Counted from the stretch's first letter, positions 47,005-57,086 are shown. The stretch: DNA of 64,000 nucleotides from Chitinophagaceae bacterium (GCA_947446645.1 CANFHA010000009.1:73179-137178); one strand, 5' to 3'. The notes: generated by a model not told the origin, from the letters alone. Numbers and translations: made by a program.

Positions 47005-47283
47005 ATGATGAAGATTGCACTTCAATATGTAAATGATTCCAATGGCTATACCCAGGCTGTTCAGTTGCCGGTAGCCGAATGAGAAAAGATACTCAATAAG
47101 CTAAAAAAATATGAACAGGCTTTGCAACTGAAGTCTGATTTGAAGGAAGCGTACGACGAGGTAAAAGTGCTTAGATCTGCGAAAGGGAAAAAGCAAACGC
47201 TCAATGATTTCCTTGATGAGCCTACCCTGGAAACCAGATTATACTTGCATGCCTTTTGGGTGCTAACTTTTCACTTTGACTGA
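47005..47283 (+). pseudogene. antitoxin-like gene with internal TGA
   Basis: MMKIALQYVNDSNGYTQAVQLPVAE*EKILNKLKKYEQALQLKSDLKEAYDEVK...KQTLNDFLDE; TGA at 47080-47082 where W is expected. Confidence 0.65.
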
Positions 47284-47284
47284 G

Positions 47285-48784
47285 TTAGAACTTCAAATAA
47301 ATAGGCATCACCGGTGTGCTCGACTTGAACTGCGCATACACCACCAGGAAGACTACAAAGGCAATTACAAATGCAGCCATAGTTGCCCTTTGTGTTCGCG
47401 CTATTATTCGGCCGGGTAGCTCTTCAGGTACCATGTGTATCGCATAGCCCACTAGCATCATGCAGATCACGTTGTGGTAGTTGCCCCAGAATTCCGGCCA
47501 CACGCTTATAAAGAAGTCAGTGAAGATCTGCGATATCATGATAGAAGCTGTCGCGTAGTCAGGCGACTTAAAGAAGATCCAGCAAAAGCACACAAACAGG
47601 AAAGTAAGCAGCCAAGAGAAGAAATTGTAGACCAGGTTATCATCATATTTTTCAATGAACCCCTTAGCACATTCCATCCATATTTTATGTACACCCAGCG
47701 CCACCCCATGCAAGCCGCCCCATATAATAAAGTTCCAGCTGGCGCCATGCCACAGCCCACCCAGCAGCATGGTAATGAACAGGTTTACGTAAGTGCGAAC
47801 CTTCCCTTTCCGGTTGCCACCCAGCCAGAAGATATACAGGTAGTCTTTCAGCCAGCTAGATAGCGATATGTGCCACCTTCTCCAGAACTCTGTGATCGAC
47901 TTACTCTTGTAGGGCAGGTTAAAGTTGGGAGGTATAGTAATGCCAAGCCACTTAGCTATGCCTATAGCCACATCGCTGTAGCCGCTGAAGTCGCAATAGA
48001 TAACAATGGCGTAGGCAAACACAGACACCAGGCACTCAAGGCCCGTATGCCTCGCCGGGTCATCGAATATATAGTTGACAAGGTTCAGCGTGAGGTAGTC
48101 GGAGATAACCAGCTTTTTCACCAGTCCGGAAACAATAAGGTAAAAGCCCTGCGCAAAGTCGCCCTGCTGCAGCTCATAAGGCTTACGCAGTTGTGGCAGG
48201 AAGTCCCGGGCACGAACGATTGGGCCCATCACCAGCTTAGGGAAGAACGAAAGGAACACCATATAGTTGATGAACTTCTTCTCCGGTTCAAACTCCCCGC
48301 GATACACATCTATAGTATAGCTAAGGTTCTCAAAGGTGTAAAACGATATACCCACCGGCAGCAGTATATTTAGCGGGTTCATATGCGTGGCGAAGAACTG
48401 GTTGCTCAGGCTCAGAAAGAAATTGGTATACTTGAAATAGAACAGCAGGCCCAGGTTCACGATAATGCTCAGCGCCAGCAGCAGTTTCTTTTTGCTCTGC
48501 TCCTGCTGCCTGTAGATCATGTTAGACAGTATATAGTCAGCTATAGCCGACACGATCACAAGGACTACAAACGAGCCGCTGGCCTTGTAAAAGAAGTAAA
48601 GCGAGAATGAAGTGACCACAATATTTCGCGCACTTACATTGTTCCTGAACAGGTAGTACAGGCTTATGAACGCTGCAAAGAAGTACATGAAAAATCCATT
48701 GTTGAATAGCAATGGGTTTTTTGGGTCGTACAAAAACTGCCTCAGAAACTCGTGGGTGTCGAAAATGGGCATACCGGCGATCAT
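47285..48784 (-). CDS. MBOAT family O-acyltransferase (AlgI/PatA-like)
   Basis: LPVGISFYTF, DFSGYSD, FWRRWHISLS.WL.DY, GLWHGA. Confidence 0.95.
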   Translation of the reverse strand: MIAGMPIFDTHEFLRQFLYDPKNPLLFNNGFFMYFFAAFISLYYLFRNNVSARNIVVTSFSLYFFYKASGSFVVLVIVSAIADYILSNMIYRQQEQSKKKLLLALSIIVNLGLLFYFKYTNFFLSLSNQFFATHMNPLNILLPVGISFYTFENLSYTIDVYRGEFEPEKKFINYMVFLSFFPKLVMGPIVRARDFLPQLRKPYELQQGDFAQGFYLIVSGLVKKLVISDYLTLNLVNYIFDDPARHTGLECLVSVFAYAIVIYCDFSGYSDVAIGIAKWLGITIPPNFNLPYKSKSITEFWRRWHISLSSWLKDYLYIFWLGGNRKGKVRTYVNLFITMLLGGLWHGASWNFIIWGGLHGVALGVHKIWMECAKGFIEKYDDNLVYNFFSWLLTFLFVCFCWIFFKSPDYATASIMISQIFTDFFISVWPEFWGNYHNVICMMLVGYAIHMVPEELPGRIIARTQRATMAAFVIAFVVFLVVYAQFKSSTPVMPIYLKF

Positions 48785-50166
48785 TTAGGGTTTACTTTGT
48801 TATAGTCATTCATAAACGATTGGTAGATCAGCTCTCCCAGTATCTGCGTGCCTTTGTAGCTCGGGTGTATCCGGTCATCTTTCGCCAGCGGCGGATTGGT
48901 TTCAGCCCAGGCAGCTATAGTGCCCGCACCGCCCATGTTTTGGAAAATGTTGTAAAACGCCGCTCCGTTTTTATACGCGATCTCAGCCTGCACTTTCACC
49001 AGGTTATTGATGCCGGGCGCTGACTGCCACCTGCCATTTATGTAAAAAGCACGGTCGGTGGTACTGATAATGAGGAACTCAGCATTAGGCATTGCTTTTT
49101 GCATGCGCCTTAGTACATGGCCTATGGACGCGCTGTACCAGCCAAATTCCATATCGCTGGCGTGAGACATCAGGTTAACACCATATTCCAGCACTACCAG
49201 GTCATAAGTGTTTTCAGTATTTAAGGTTTCAAGAAATGCTGTGTCGAACCTGCCAAGTTCAGAACCGGAGATACCCCGGAAAGAGAAGTTGTCAATAATA
49301 AAGCCGGATACTGGCTCTAAAGTAATGCCATATACAGGTAGCTTATTGTCCCTTATGCCCACCGTAACACTATGATTGCTACTGGTTTCCAGGGGCAGGC
49401 GGTTCAGCAGCTTATCAGCCCGGTATTGCTTTGGTTGTCCATTCACGGTCAGGTTCACTGTGCCGGTCACAGATTTGCCGCACAGCAGCGATTTTTCTAT
49501 GGTTTGTGGATGCACGGTATCCTGTATCGTCTCATCTTCTACGGTCACTTCGCCGTCAGTGGTATAGAAAGCGTGGCCGGAGAGAAACAACGGAGCGCGC
49601 AGGTCTTTAGTCTTGAAGTTCTCCTCATCCCATGTGCCCTTCCAGGTATGCTTGGCCGTTACCCGGAAGCGGGATGTGATAGATGTGGCTGGTATAAACC
49701 CTACACCATAGGTACTCGTGAATTGTTGTATCAGCTTGCGGAACTGCATAGAGATAACATCGGCCTCCACAAGGCTGTCGCCAAACCACGCCACACGTAT
49801 CTTGTCCTTACGACCCTTCATTATGGCATGCAGCTTATTCATAAGCCGTGGCAGGGCTGGCTTTGTAGTGTCAGCATTAAAGTTGGTCAGCAGCCTCGGT
49901 TGCAGGTACTTGCTGAATGACTTTACAATTTTTGCGGTATCGGTGTTGTGGCTGTCATCCACGTATGCATCTACCGTAGTCGTGGTATCGGGTATGGCTT
50001 TGGTTGCGTTGGGTTTCGCCTGCCTGTCGTGCAGTACATCTGAGAGTATACTCACTTTGCTCAGTCGCAGTATATCAGAGTGTGAGAAGGCAGAGAAAAG
50101 GGAGTAACAAAACAGGATAAGTGTTACCACTAAAGTGAATAAAACTACGTCCCTGTTATTGCGCAT
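48781..50166 (-). CDS. SGNH/GDSL protein with N-terminal anchor (PatB-like)
   Basis: WFGDSL, FSFRGISG, YGVN, DRIHP; overlaps the MBOAT start. Confidence 0.88.
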   Translation of the reverse strand: MRNNRDVVLFTLVVTLILFCYSLFSAFSHSDILRLSKVSILSDVLHDRQAKPNATKAIPDTTTTVDAYVDDSHNTDTAKIVKSFSKYLQPRLLTNFNADTTKPALPRLMNKLHAIMKGRKDKIRVAWFGDSLVEADVISMQFRKLIQQFTSTYGVGFIPATSITSRFRVTAKHTWKGTWDEENFKTKDLRAPLFLSGHAFYTTDGEVTVEDETIQDTVHPQTIEKSLLCGKSVTGTVNLTVNGQPKQYRADKLLNRLPLETSSNHSVTVGIRDNKLPVYGITLEPVSGFIIDNFSFRGISGSELGRFDTAFLETLNTENTYDLVVLEYGVNLMSHASDMEFGWYSASIGHVLRRMQKAMPNAEFLIISTTDRAFYINGRWQSAPGINNLVKVQAEIAYKNGAAFYNIFQNMGGAGTIAAWAETNPPLAKDDRIHPSYKGTQILGELIYQSFMNDYNKVNPK

Positions 50167-50280
50167 AAATATTAACGGCTATTAGCCGCTAACAAACATA
50201 GGCATAGAAAAGAAATAACTCCCGAAAGAACCGCGAATTGTTTTCCCCAGCTGTGTGAATAGCGCTATCGCGCCAAAGGC

Positions 50281-50673
50281 TCAATCGCAGTTCCCATGTA
50301 CAAATTTGTACTTGCCGGCATCTGGTGGGGAGGAAACAAAAACGAAATGTGCATCCGGGCCCTCGGTTTTGAAGAAATTGAATTTCTGTTTGGGCCGCTC
50401 ATTGTATATCAGCCACAGGTTATGTCCGTCCAGCAGGTACTTGCCGGTCAGTGCAACTTCCTTACCGGCAGAGTCAAGCTCATGCAGCACAAAGTTTGAG
50501 TTTTCGGAGAAGCGTATGTTGATCTCAGAGTTGTGGGGTACAAACCAGCAGCCACCAAAAAGTACCTTATCGTCATAAGCAACCGGCTTTTCTGGCGACT
50601 TTTGAGCAAAACAATAAGTATGGATAATTAAAAATGCAAAACCCAGGAAAACAGATCTGTAAAGTTGGTGCAT
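50281..50673 (-). CDS. hypothetical exported protein
   Basis: 130 aa, signal peptide ending FAQ, beta-rich. Confidence 0.7.
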   Translation of the reverse strand: MHQLYRSVFLGFAFLIIHTYCFAQKSPEKPVAYDDKVLFGGCWFVPHNSEINIRFSENSNFVLHELDSAGKEVALTGKYLLDGHNLWLIYNERPKQKFNFFKTEGPDAHFVFVSSPPDAGKYKFVHGNCD

Positions 50674-50696
50674 GGCCTAAGATGGAAAATGTTCCT

Positions 50697-51203
50697 TTAC
50701 TTCAGGGAAGCAAATGATATAAGCCCTATGGTTGGCTCAGACTTAAAGCTTGATAGTACACTGAATACCTTCTGCTCCCATTTTGCTGGTTCCTCAGAGT
50801 AGCCGCAGTGGCTGATTGCTTTTATCCAGGCTGCGCAGTCACCATTGTCCTTAAGCCGCTCGTAAAAATGCTTACGGCTTATTACCCTGCAAAAATCAAC
50901 GTAAGATGCGAGTTCGTTGCTGTATTGCTTGTAGCGGCTCTTATGGCCTTTATGATTCACAAAGCTGTTCTTGCCCACCATACCGAAGTGGTTGTTCAGC
51001 ACCTTGGCTGTAGGCGCCATGCCGCCAGACGACTCAATGGCTGCAATAGAAAGTATAACCGGAGTTGGTATACCATACTGGGCAGACAAGATGGCTGCCA
51101 TAAGCTTATGATTAGTAATATACGACTTGTTTTGCGCTGAGGCGCAAAAGCCTGATATTGATAAGATCAACACCAGTAAAGTCGTTTTATATATTCTTTT
51201 CAT
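50697..51203 (-). CDS. GH73 glucosaminidase/muramidase domain protein
   Basis: AAIESSGG, NNHFGM, GY motif; signal peptide from MKRIYK. Confidence 0.88.
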   Translation of the reverse strand: MKRIYKTTLLVLILSISGFCASAQNKSYITNHKLMAAILSAQYGIPTPVILSIAAIESSGGMAPTAKVLNNHFGMVGKNSFVNHKGHKSRYKQYSNELASYVDFCRVISRKHFYERLKDNGDCAAWIKAISHCGYSEEPAKWEQKVFSVLSSFKSEPTIGLISFASLK

Positions 51204-51410
51204 TAACAACATCACGTATAGTGGAGGGCGAAGATACAAAACGCTGTGCAAAAGATGTTAGTAAGTGCTGTTAAAGTTTTTAAAAACAAGAATAATTAAA
51301 TTCGTAAGAAGCATGAAAACAGATAATTACACCTTTTTAATGCTTTATCCAAATCAATAAAACGTAATAATTACACGCTATTTTTGACTGATTTCCTGCT
51401 TAGCTGGATG

Positions 51411-52136
51411 TTAGTCTGTTGACTTGTCAATAAGGTTTTCGGTGTCTTTGTTTGCATTTCTACCCTTGCCAAAAAGGTATCCGATTGTGATACCCCATAC
51501 ACGGTTCTTATCCTTTTCTGTACCAATACCTATGTCTTTGGCACCCGTGGTATAATAGGCATTGAAAAGCAGGCCGGTTGGCAATTCATAGCCTGCAGTG
51601 ATGTTGACACCAATGTCGAATCCGCTTAGCGTCTTGCCGGCCACGATCTTCACGTTATCACTGGTGATGGTGAGCGTATCGTTGAATACCTGGTGGTCTT
51701 TCACTTTATTACGGCCGCCTATAATATAGGCCGGAACTGCTCCCAGCCCGAAAACAAACCGCCCGCGACCCTGGTGGCCCGATTTGAACAGCACATTTAC
51801 CGGCATTTCCAGGTAGTTGATGTACAGTGTTTGCTCTACTGTTTCACTAAAGCTATTGTTCAGGTAATAGGAGAAGTTTCTTACCGCGCCTTTGCGTGAT
51901 AACACCAGGCCCGGCTGCAAATAGAAATGCTTGTTCATAGGCAGATCAACGATGCCACCTATTTTGCCGCTGGCAATAGCCTTTACAGAGGCATTGGGGT
52001 ATTGGATAACATCTTGCGGCGGTAAAAACTTCATGCTGCTCATGCCTCCGCTAATAACCGGCCCAAAACCTACCTGTGCGCACGCAGAGGCACACACGCA
52101 CATAAAAACCAATATCAGCAAGTGGCGGAATCTCAT
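51411..52136 (-). CDS. porin family (OMP beta-barrel, PorT-like) protein
   Basis: QPGLVLSRKGA, NYLEMPVN, C-terminal GITIGYLF. Confidence 0.85.
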   Translation of the reverse strand: MRFRHLLILVFMCVCASACAQVGFGPVISGGMSSMKFLPPQDVIQYPNASVKAIASGKIGGIVDLPMNKHFYLQPGLVLSRKGAVRNFSYYLNNSFSETVEQTLYINYLEMPVNVLFKSGHQGRGRFVFGLGAVPAYIIGGRNKVKDHQVFNDTLTITSDNVKIVAGKTLSGFDIGVNITAGYELPTGLLFNAYYTTGAKDIGIGTEKDKNRVWGITIGYLFGKGRNANKDTENLIDKSTD

Positions 52137-52193
52137 AACCGGCGGAGGATTGAATACTAAAGGTAAGCAGATATGAAGTAATGCTACTTCCCG

Positions 52194-52814
52194 CTATTCG
52201 AACATATACCCCACAGTAATGCGAAGATCCTGGTTGCGCATAGCATTTTCTCTTGCATACTTTGAAGGGTCCAGGTTAAAGAAACTGCTATTGCACCGGG
52301 CGCGGAAAAACAGGCCTTTTGTAGGCTGCACTACAAACCACAGATCGAAACCGGCATCGTAACGTCTAATATCGTCGCCGGCGCCGTATCCCACCCTCAG
52401 GTCCTGGTTGGTTGGGAACAGGCCGCTTAGCGCTGTTTTGCCGCCCAGGTTTGCCGCCACATAGGGTCCGCCGCCAATAAAGTAGTTTACTTTTTTGGGT
52501 CTCCCTATCTCGCATTCCAGGTTCAGGGGGATCTCTAATGTATTTATGCCCACTTTGTAGATAAGCCCGTCGCGGTTCAGTGTGTAGCCATTCCTGGCAT
52601 AGGTGAGGCCTGATACCAGTGAAAGATGCCAGGTGATATCCTTACTCATTATAAATCCGAACGTTTCACCTACTCTCATTTTGCGGTTGGTACCGCTCTG
52701 TTTGCCGGTATAACTACTTACATTCACGCCTACCTCACCGCCAAAATAGATCTGGGCGCCGGCCGGGGCCGAAAGGAGGAGGAAGCCTGCAAGTAAAAAA
52801 TAGATAGATCTCAT
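52194..52814 (-). CDS. porin family (OMP beta-barrel, PorT-like) protein
   Basis: LEIPLN, GGGPY, C-terminal ITVGYMFE; start at MRSIYF. Confidence 0.85.
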   Translation of the reverse strand: MRSIYFLLAGFLLLSAPAGAQIYFGGEVGVNVSSYTGKQSGTNRKMRVGETFGFIMSKDITWHLSLVSGLTYARNGYTLNRDGLIYKVGINTLEIPLNLECEIGRPKKVNYFIGGGPYVAANLGGKTALSGLFPTNQDLRVGYGAGDDIRRYDAGFDLWFVVQPTKGLFFRARCNSSFFNLDPSKYARENAMRNQDLRITVGYMFE

Positions 52815-52856
52815 AACCGGCATTGGTGGGTAAAGATACCCAAATATAAAACAAAT

Positions 52857-53681
52857 TTATGCCTGTGGGCCGTACAGGGATCTATACAATTCACTAACCT
52901 GTCTGCGGCTATAGCGGCTATCGCCAATATTGCTTACCCATCTCATGCGCTTTATGGCATTGGTAAGGAACACCTCATCGGCCTGCAGTAGCTCTGTCAT
53001 CGTCAGGCTTTTTTCTTTCACTGATATTGTTTCCAGTATACGGCGCCTCATCACACCCGCTACGCAGCCATCTGCAAGGGGCGGGGTATATACGGTTTTA
53101 TCTTTGATCCAGAAGATATTGGCGAGTGTGCTTTCAATTATATTGCCTGCAGTATTGGCTATTAATGCATCATTCCATTTATTTTCCTTCGCTTGCCGTG
53201 CTGCCATGGCATAGATGAGCGCATTGCAGCTCTTTAAATTGCTAAGCGTATCTACGCTCTTAGACAAACCTTGTGCGATCCCTGTCTTGATCCCATTCTC
53301 ATTGAGTTGCATTGTATCCTGCTCCAGCGGAAAACATTCAATTACAAACCCGGGTTGCCTGGTTTCATTACTATAAAGCCCCCCGCCGGCAGCAAACAAC
53401 TGCAGCCGCACACGACAAAGATGCTCCAGCCTGTTTTTTCTTACCGTTTGCAACACTGCTTTTTCCAGCCATGTGGCTGTCATTAAAGCAGGCAGCTCAA
53501 AGTATAGCTGTTTTGCCCCCGCAAATAGTCGTTGCCAGTGATAGTCCCCCAGGCAGATGGCTCCATCCTGCACCAGCATGGTCTCAAACAGACCATAACC
53601 ATACCGAAATGCGCCATTGTCAATGGGAAGTCCGCTATCTTGGGCCGCGACTATTTTTCCGTTTAGGTTGATGTAGTTCAA
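52857..53681 (-). CDS. class IV aminotransferase (aminodeoxychorismate lyase-like)
   Basis: FRYGYGLFET, LKS, EST.ANIFW, GCVAGVMR, FLTNA. Confidence 0.9.
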   Translation of the reverse strand: MNYINLNGKIVAAQDSGLPIDNGAFRYGYGLFETMLVQDGAICLGDYHWQRLFAGAKQLYFELPALMTATWLEKAVLQTVRKNRLEHLCRVRLQLFAAGGGLYSNETRQPGFVIECFPLEQDTMQLNENGIKTGIAQGLSKSVDTLSNLKSCNALIYAMAARQAKENKWNDALIANTAGNIIESTLANIFWIKDKTVYTPPLADGCVAGVMRRRILETISVKEKSLTMTELLQADEVFLTNAIKRMRWVSNIGDSRYSRRQVSELYRSLYGPQA

Positions 53682-53820
53682 GATTGCGAAGGTATAATAG
53701 TTTGTTCGATGGTCTTTGTGGAATACTGAATCACGAACGGTACTTCCTCATCATTCAATATTCTGGCTTTTTCCCGATTCCCCCAGCCAAAATCGTATTT
53801 TTGTCACAAAGCAATAATAT

Positions 53821-54768
53821 ATGAAGTTTGAAAAACCTGTTCCGGTGCAGTGGATAGCTGAGTTTACGGGTGCTAAGCTGGTAGGCAATGCTTCACAGGA
53901 GGCAACAGGGATAAACGAGATACACAAGGTAACGCCGGGTGATATTTCATTCGTAGATTTTGAGAAGTACTACAACGCATGCCTCACATCGGCAGCCACG
54001 GTTATCATTATTAATAAAGAAGTGGATTGCCCCGAGGGTAAGACATTGCTGGTGACTGATGCGCCGTTTGATGCTTATGTGAAGCTGGTTAAGCATTTCC
54101 GCCCGTTTGAGCCTGCTTTTAAAATGATCAGCGATAGCGCGTTAATAGGCGAAGGAACTCATATACAACCCGGGGTTTTTATAGGCAATCATGTGCGCAT
54201 AGGCAAGGATTGCCTGATACATCCCAATGTTACTATTTACGATCATTGCGTTATCGGTGATAATGTTATCATACATGCCGGTTGTGTGCTGGGTGCTGAT
54301 GCGTTTTATTACAAGCGCCGCAAGGATCAGCCGGTGCAGTACAACAAACTGGAAAGCTGCGGTCGCGTAATAATAGAGGACGATGTGGAAATAGGCGCAG
54401 GCACTACCATAGATAAGGGTGTGAGCGGAGATACCATTGTAGGACGCGGTACTAAGCTGGACAATCATATACATATAGGTCACGGCGCTGTGATTGGAAA
54501 CAACTGCCTGTTTGCAGCCCAGGTGGGTATAGGCGGTAAGGCCATAATAGAAGATGAGGTGATACTGTGGGGACAGGTAGGGGTAAGTAAAGACCTGACC
54601 ATAGGCAAGGGAGCGGTGGTGCTGGCGCAGAGCGGTGTGCCGGCCAGCCTTGAAGGTGGCAAAACCTACTTCGGATCGCCGGTGACAGATGCGAAAACCA
54701 AGATGCGTGAGCTGGCGTGGATAAAACGTATACCCGAGATGTGGGGGAAGATACAGGAAAAGGAATAG
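53821..54768 (+). CDS. lpxD: UDP-3-O-acyl-glucosamine N-acyltransferase (LpxD paralog)
   Basis: Hexapeptide repeats; IEDDVEIGA.TTIDKG, KLDNHIHIGH. Confidence 0.85.
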   Translation: MKFEKPVPVQWIAEFTGAKLVGNASQEATGINEIHKVTPGDISFVDFEKYYNACLTSAATVIIINKEVDCPEGKTLLVTDAPFDAYVKLVKHFRPFEPAFKMISDSALIGEGTHIQPGVFIGNHVRIGKDCLIHPNVTIYDHCVIGDNVIIHAGCVLGADAFYYKRRKDQPVQYNKLESCGRVIIEDDVEIGAGTTIDKGVSGDTIVGRGTKLDNHIHIGHGAVIGNNCLFAAQVGIGGKAIIEDEVILWGQVGVSKDLTIGKGAVVLAQSGVPASLEGGKTYFGSPVTDAKTKMRELAWIKRIPEMWGKIQEKE

Positions 54769-54860
54769 GTAGAGTAAAACAATGAATAGTGGGCTCAGGG
54801 AAAACTAAGGATATAACTTTTTACACTTTTGGGTTTTGATCTTTAACTTTTGACTTATAC

Positions 54861-55412
54861 TTGGTATCAATAACTATTGACGATAGAATATTGTTGCGGT
54901 CATTTGAGGTGAGCGATGCGCAGGAACTGTATGATGCAGTGAATGCATCGCGCAAGCACCTGGGCCCATGGCTCGACTGGGTAAATAAGACCACCAAGCC
55001 GGAACAATCACTTCACTTCATTCAGCAATCATTACAAAAAGCTCACACCCAGGAAGGGCTGGACCTGGCACTAGTCTACGATGGCAAAATAATAGGTGGC
55101 ATAGGCATGCACCACTGGGAGCAGGACACCCGCAGGGCGGAAATAGGGTACTGGATAGTGGCTGACTATGAGGGCAGGGGAATTGTTTCCAAAAGCCTCA
55201 CAGGTTTCACAGGTTTTCTTTTTGATAAAATAGGTTTGAATAAAATAGAAATACACTTTGTAGCTGCCAATACCCGCAGCGCACATATAGCCGAGCGGCT
55301 GGGCTTTAAAATAGAGGGCATCATCAGGCAGAGCATAATGAGAAACGGAATGCCCGAGGACGTGGTGATTGCTGGGTTACTGAAAGGCGAAACGCCCGGC
55401 TCCCCCGGATAG
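54861..55412 (+). CDS. RimJ/RimL family GNAT acetyltransferase
   Basis: AEIGYW, EGRGIV, N.RS..IAERLGFK.EG. Confidence 0.92.
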   Translation: MVSITIDDRILLRSFEVSDAQELYDAVNASRKHLGPWLDWVNKTTKPEQSLHFIQQSLQKAHTQEGLDLALVYDGKIIGGIGMHHWEQDTRRAEIGYWIVADYEGRGIVSKSLTGFTGFLFDKIGLNKIEIHFVAANTRSAHIAERLGFKIEGIIRQSIMRNGMPEDVVIAGLLKGETPGSPG

Positions 55413-55414
55413 GC

Positions 55415-55548
55415 ATCAAGACCTTGTTCCGGGAGTGCTTTACGTGCTGGCAACAGCCTATCTGCAAAATGGCAAGCATAATGACGCCAGTATCTGTTAA
55501 AAAGCTCAAGACATATTTCCAGGCGAAGCCCCGGAATAAGGTCTCGAT
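55415..55548. repeat. 134-bp element with 19-bp terminal inverted repeats
   Basis: atcaagaccttgttccggg ... cccggaataaggtctcgat (17/19 match). Confidence 0.7.
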
Positions 55549-55571
55549 TTGCTATTGGGAGGGGTTTGGGG

Positions 55572-57086
55572 TTAATGTTTAAAATGCCTTGTGCCTGTTA
55601 TCACCATCACCATACCATTTTCCTTGCAAAACTGTATGCTGTCGTTGTCGCGAACCGAGCCGCCGGGATGGATCACTGACGTAATGCCTGCCTCATGGGC
55701 CATACGTACACAGTCATCAAACGGGAAGAAGGCATCAGATGCCATAGCTGCGCCCTTTAGCACAAAACCAAATTGCTTTGCTTTATCCAGTGCCTGGCGC
55801 AGGGAGTCTATGCGGCTGGTCTGCCCGCATCCTTTACCTATGAGCTGCTTATTTTTTACCAGTGCAATAGCGTTCGATTTCAGGTGCTTGCACACTATGT
55901 TGGCAAACAAAAGATCTGCCTTTTCTTCTTCACTGCTATTGCGTAAACCGGCTTCTTTCCACTCGGCAAAGTTTTGTGTATCTGCATCCTGCACCAGCAC
56001 GCCGTTAAGTATGCGCTTATATTCTTTAGTCGGGTAGAATTTTTGTTTCTGCAACAGGATATTGCGGTTCTTTTTACTTTTCAGTGTAGCCAGCGCATCT
56101 TCGTCATATGCGGGAGCAATGAGTATCTCGAAAAACAGCTCATTTATTTTAGCAGCTACTTCCGCATTTACAGTCTGGTTGGTGATAAGCACGCCACCAA
56201 AAGCGCTTTCAGGGTCGCCGGCAAGTGCCGCTTCCCATGCCTGCAGTACGTTTTCACGTTCTGCAACGCCACATACATTGGTGTGCTTTATAACAGCAAA
56301 TGCCGGATCTGAAAATTCAGAAATGATCTGGCATGCCGAATCTATATCTACCAGGTTGTTGTACGAGAGCTCCTTGCCATTCAGCTTATCAAACATAGCA
56401 TCAAGGTCGCCATAGAAAGTGGCTGATTGGTGTGGATTTTCACCATACCTCAATACCTTTTTGTTGCCAAAAGAAAGCTGGAAATGTTCTGCTATTGCTG
56501 TTTTTGCGAAGTATTCTGCTATGGCCACATCGTAGTGTGCACATTCAGCGAAAGCAGCGGCAGCAAAGTGTTTCCGGTTGTCAAGTGTGGTATCCCCGTT
56601 CTGTGCATTCAGTACTTCCAGCAGCTCGCCATATTGGTTCCTTGAGGCCACGATGCACACATCTTTGAAATTTTTCCCCGCTGCACGTATCAGCGATACA
56701 CCGCCTATGTCAATTTTCTCAATGATGGTCTTTTCTTCATTGGTTTGCTTTACTGTTTCTTCAAATGGATAAAGGTCTACTATTACCAGGTCCAGCAATG
56801 GGATCTCGTATTCTTGGGTGTGTTTTTGATCTTCCTCAAAATCGCGGCGTGCCAGTATGCCGCCAAATACTTTGGGATGCAGTGTTTTAACGCGGCCACC
56901 CAATATAGAAGGATAACCGGTTACAGACTCCACGGAGGTGCACGGTATGCCCAACTGCTCAATAAAAGTTTGTGTGCCGCCGGTGGAGTACATCACCACG
57001 CCAAGGCTATCAAGTTTGCGTACCACAGGCTCCAGCCCGTCTTTATAGAATACAGAGATCAGCGCTGACTTTATCGTGCGGTTCAT
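55572..57086 (-). CDS. purH: AICAR transformylase/IMP cyclohydrolase
   Basis: ALISV, STGGT, GGRVKTLHP, IDIGG, LRYGENPHQ, ASDAFFPF; start at MNRTIK. Confidence 0.98.
   Translation of the reverse strand: MNRTIKSALISVFYKDGLEPVVRKLDSLGVVMYSTGGTQTFIEQLGIPCTSVESVTGYPSILGGRVKTLHPKVFGGILARRDFEEDQKHTQEYEIPLLDLVIVDLYPFEETVKQTNEEKTIIEKIDIGGVSLIRAAGKNFKDVCIVASRNQYGELLEVLNAQNGDTTLDNRKHFAAAAFAECAHYDVAIAEYFAKTAIAEHFQLSFGNKKVLRYGENPHQSATFYGDLDAMFDKLNGKELSYNNLVDIDSACQIISEFSDPAFAVIKHTNVCGVAERENVLQAWEAALAGDPESAFGGVLITNQTVNAEVAAKINELFFEILIAPAYDEDALATLKSKKNRNILLQKQKFYPTKEYKRILNGVLVQDADTQNFAEWKEAGLRNSSEEEKADLLFANIVCKHLKSNAIALVKNKQLIGKGCGQTSRIDSLRQALDKAKQFGFVLKGAAMASDAFFPFDDCVRMAHEAGITSVIHPGGSVRDNDSIQFCKENGMVMVITGTRHFKH

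Noticed and set aside
47080-47082. TGA-as-Trp alternative genetic code
   Set aside because: Genuine genes end in TGA (pyrC at 62419, carbonic anhydrase-overlapping SulP at 30434, MBOAT at 47285)
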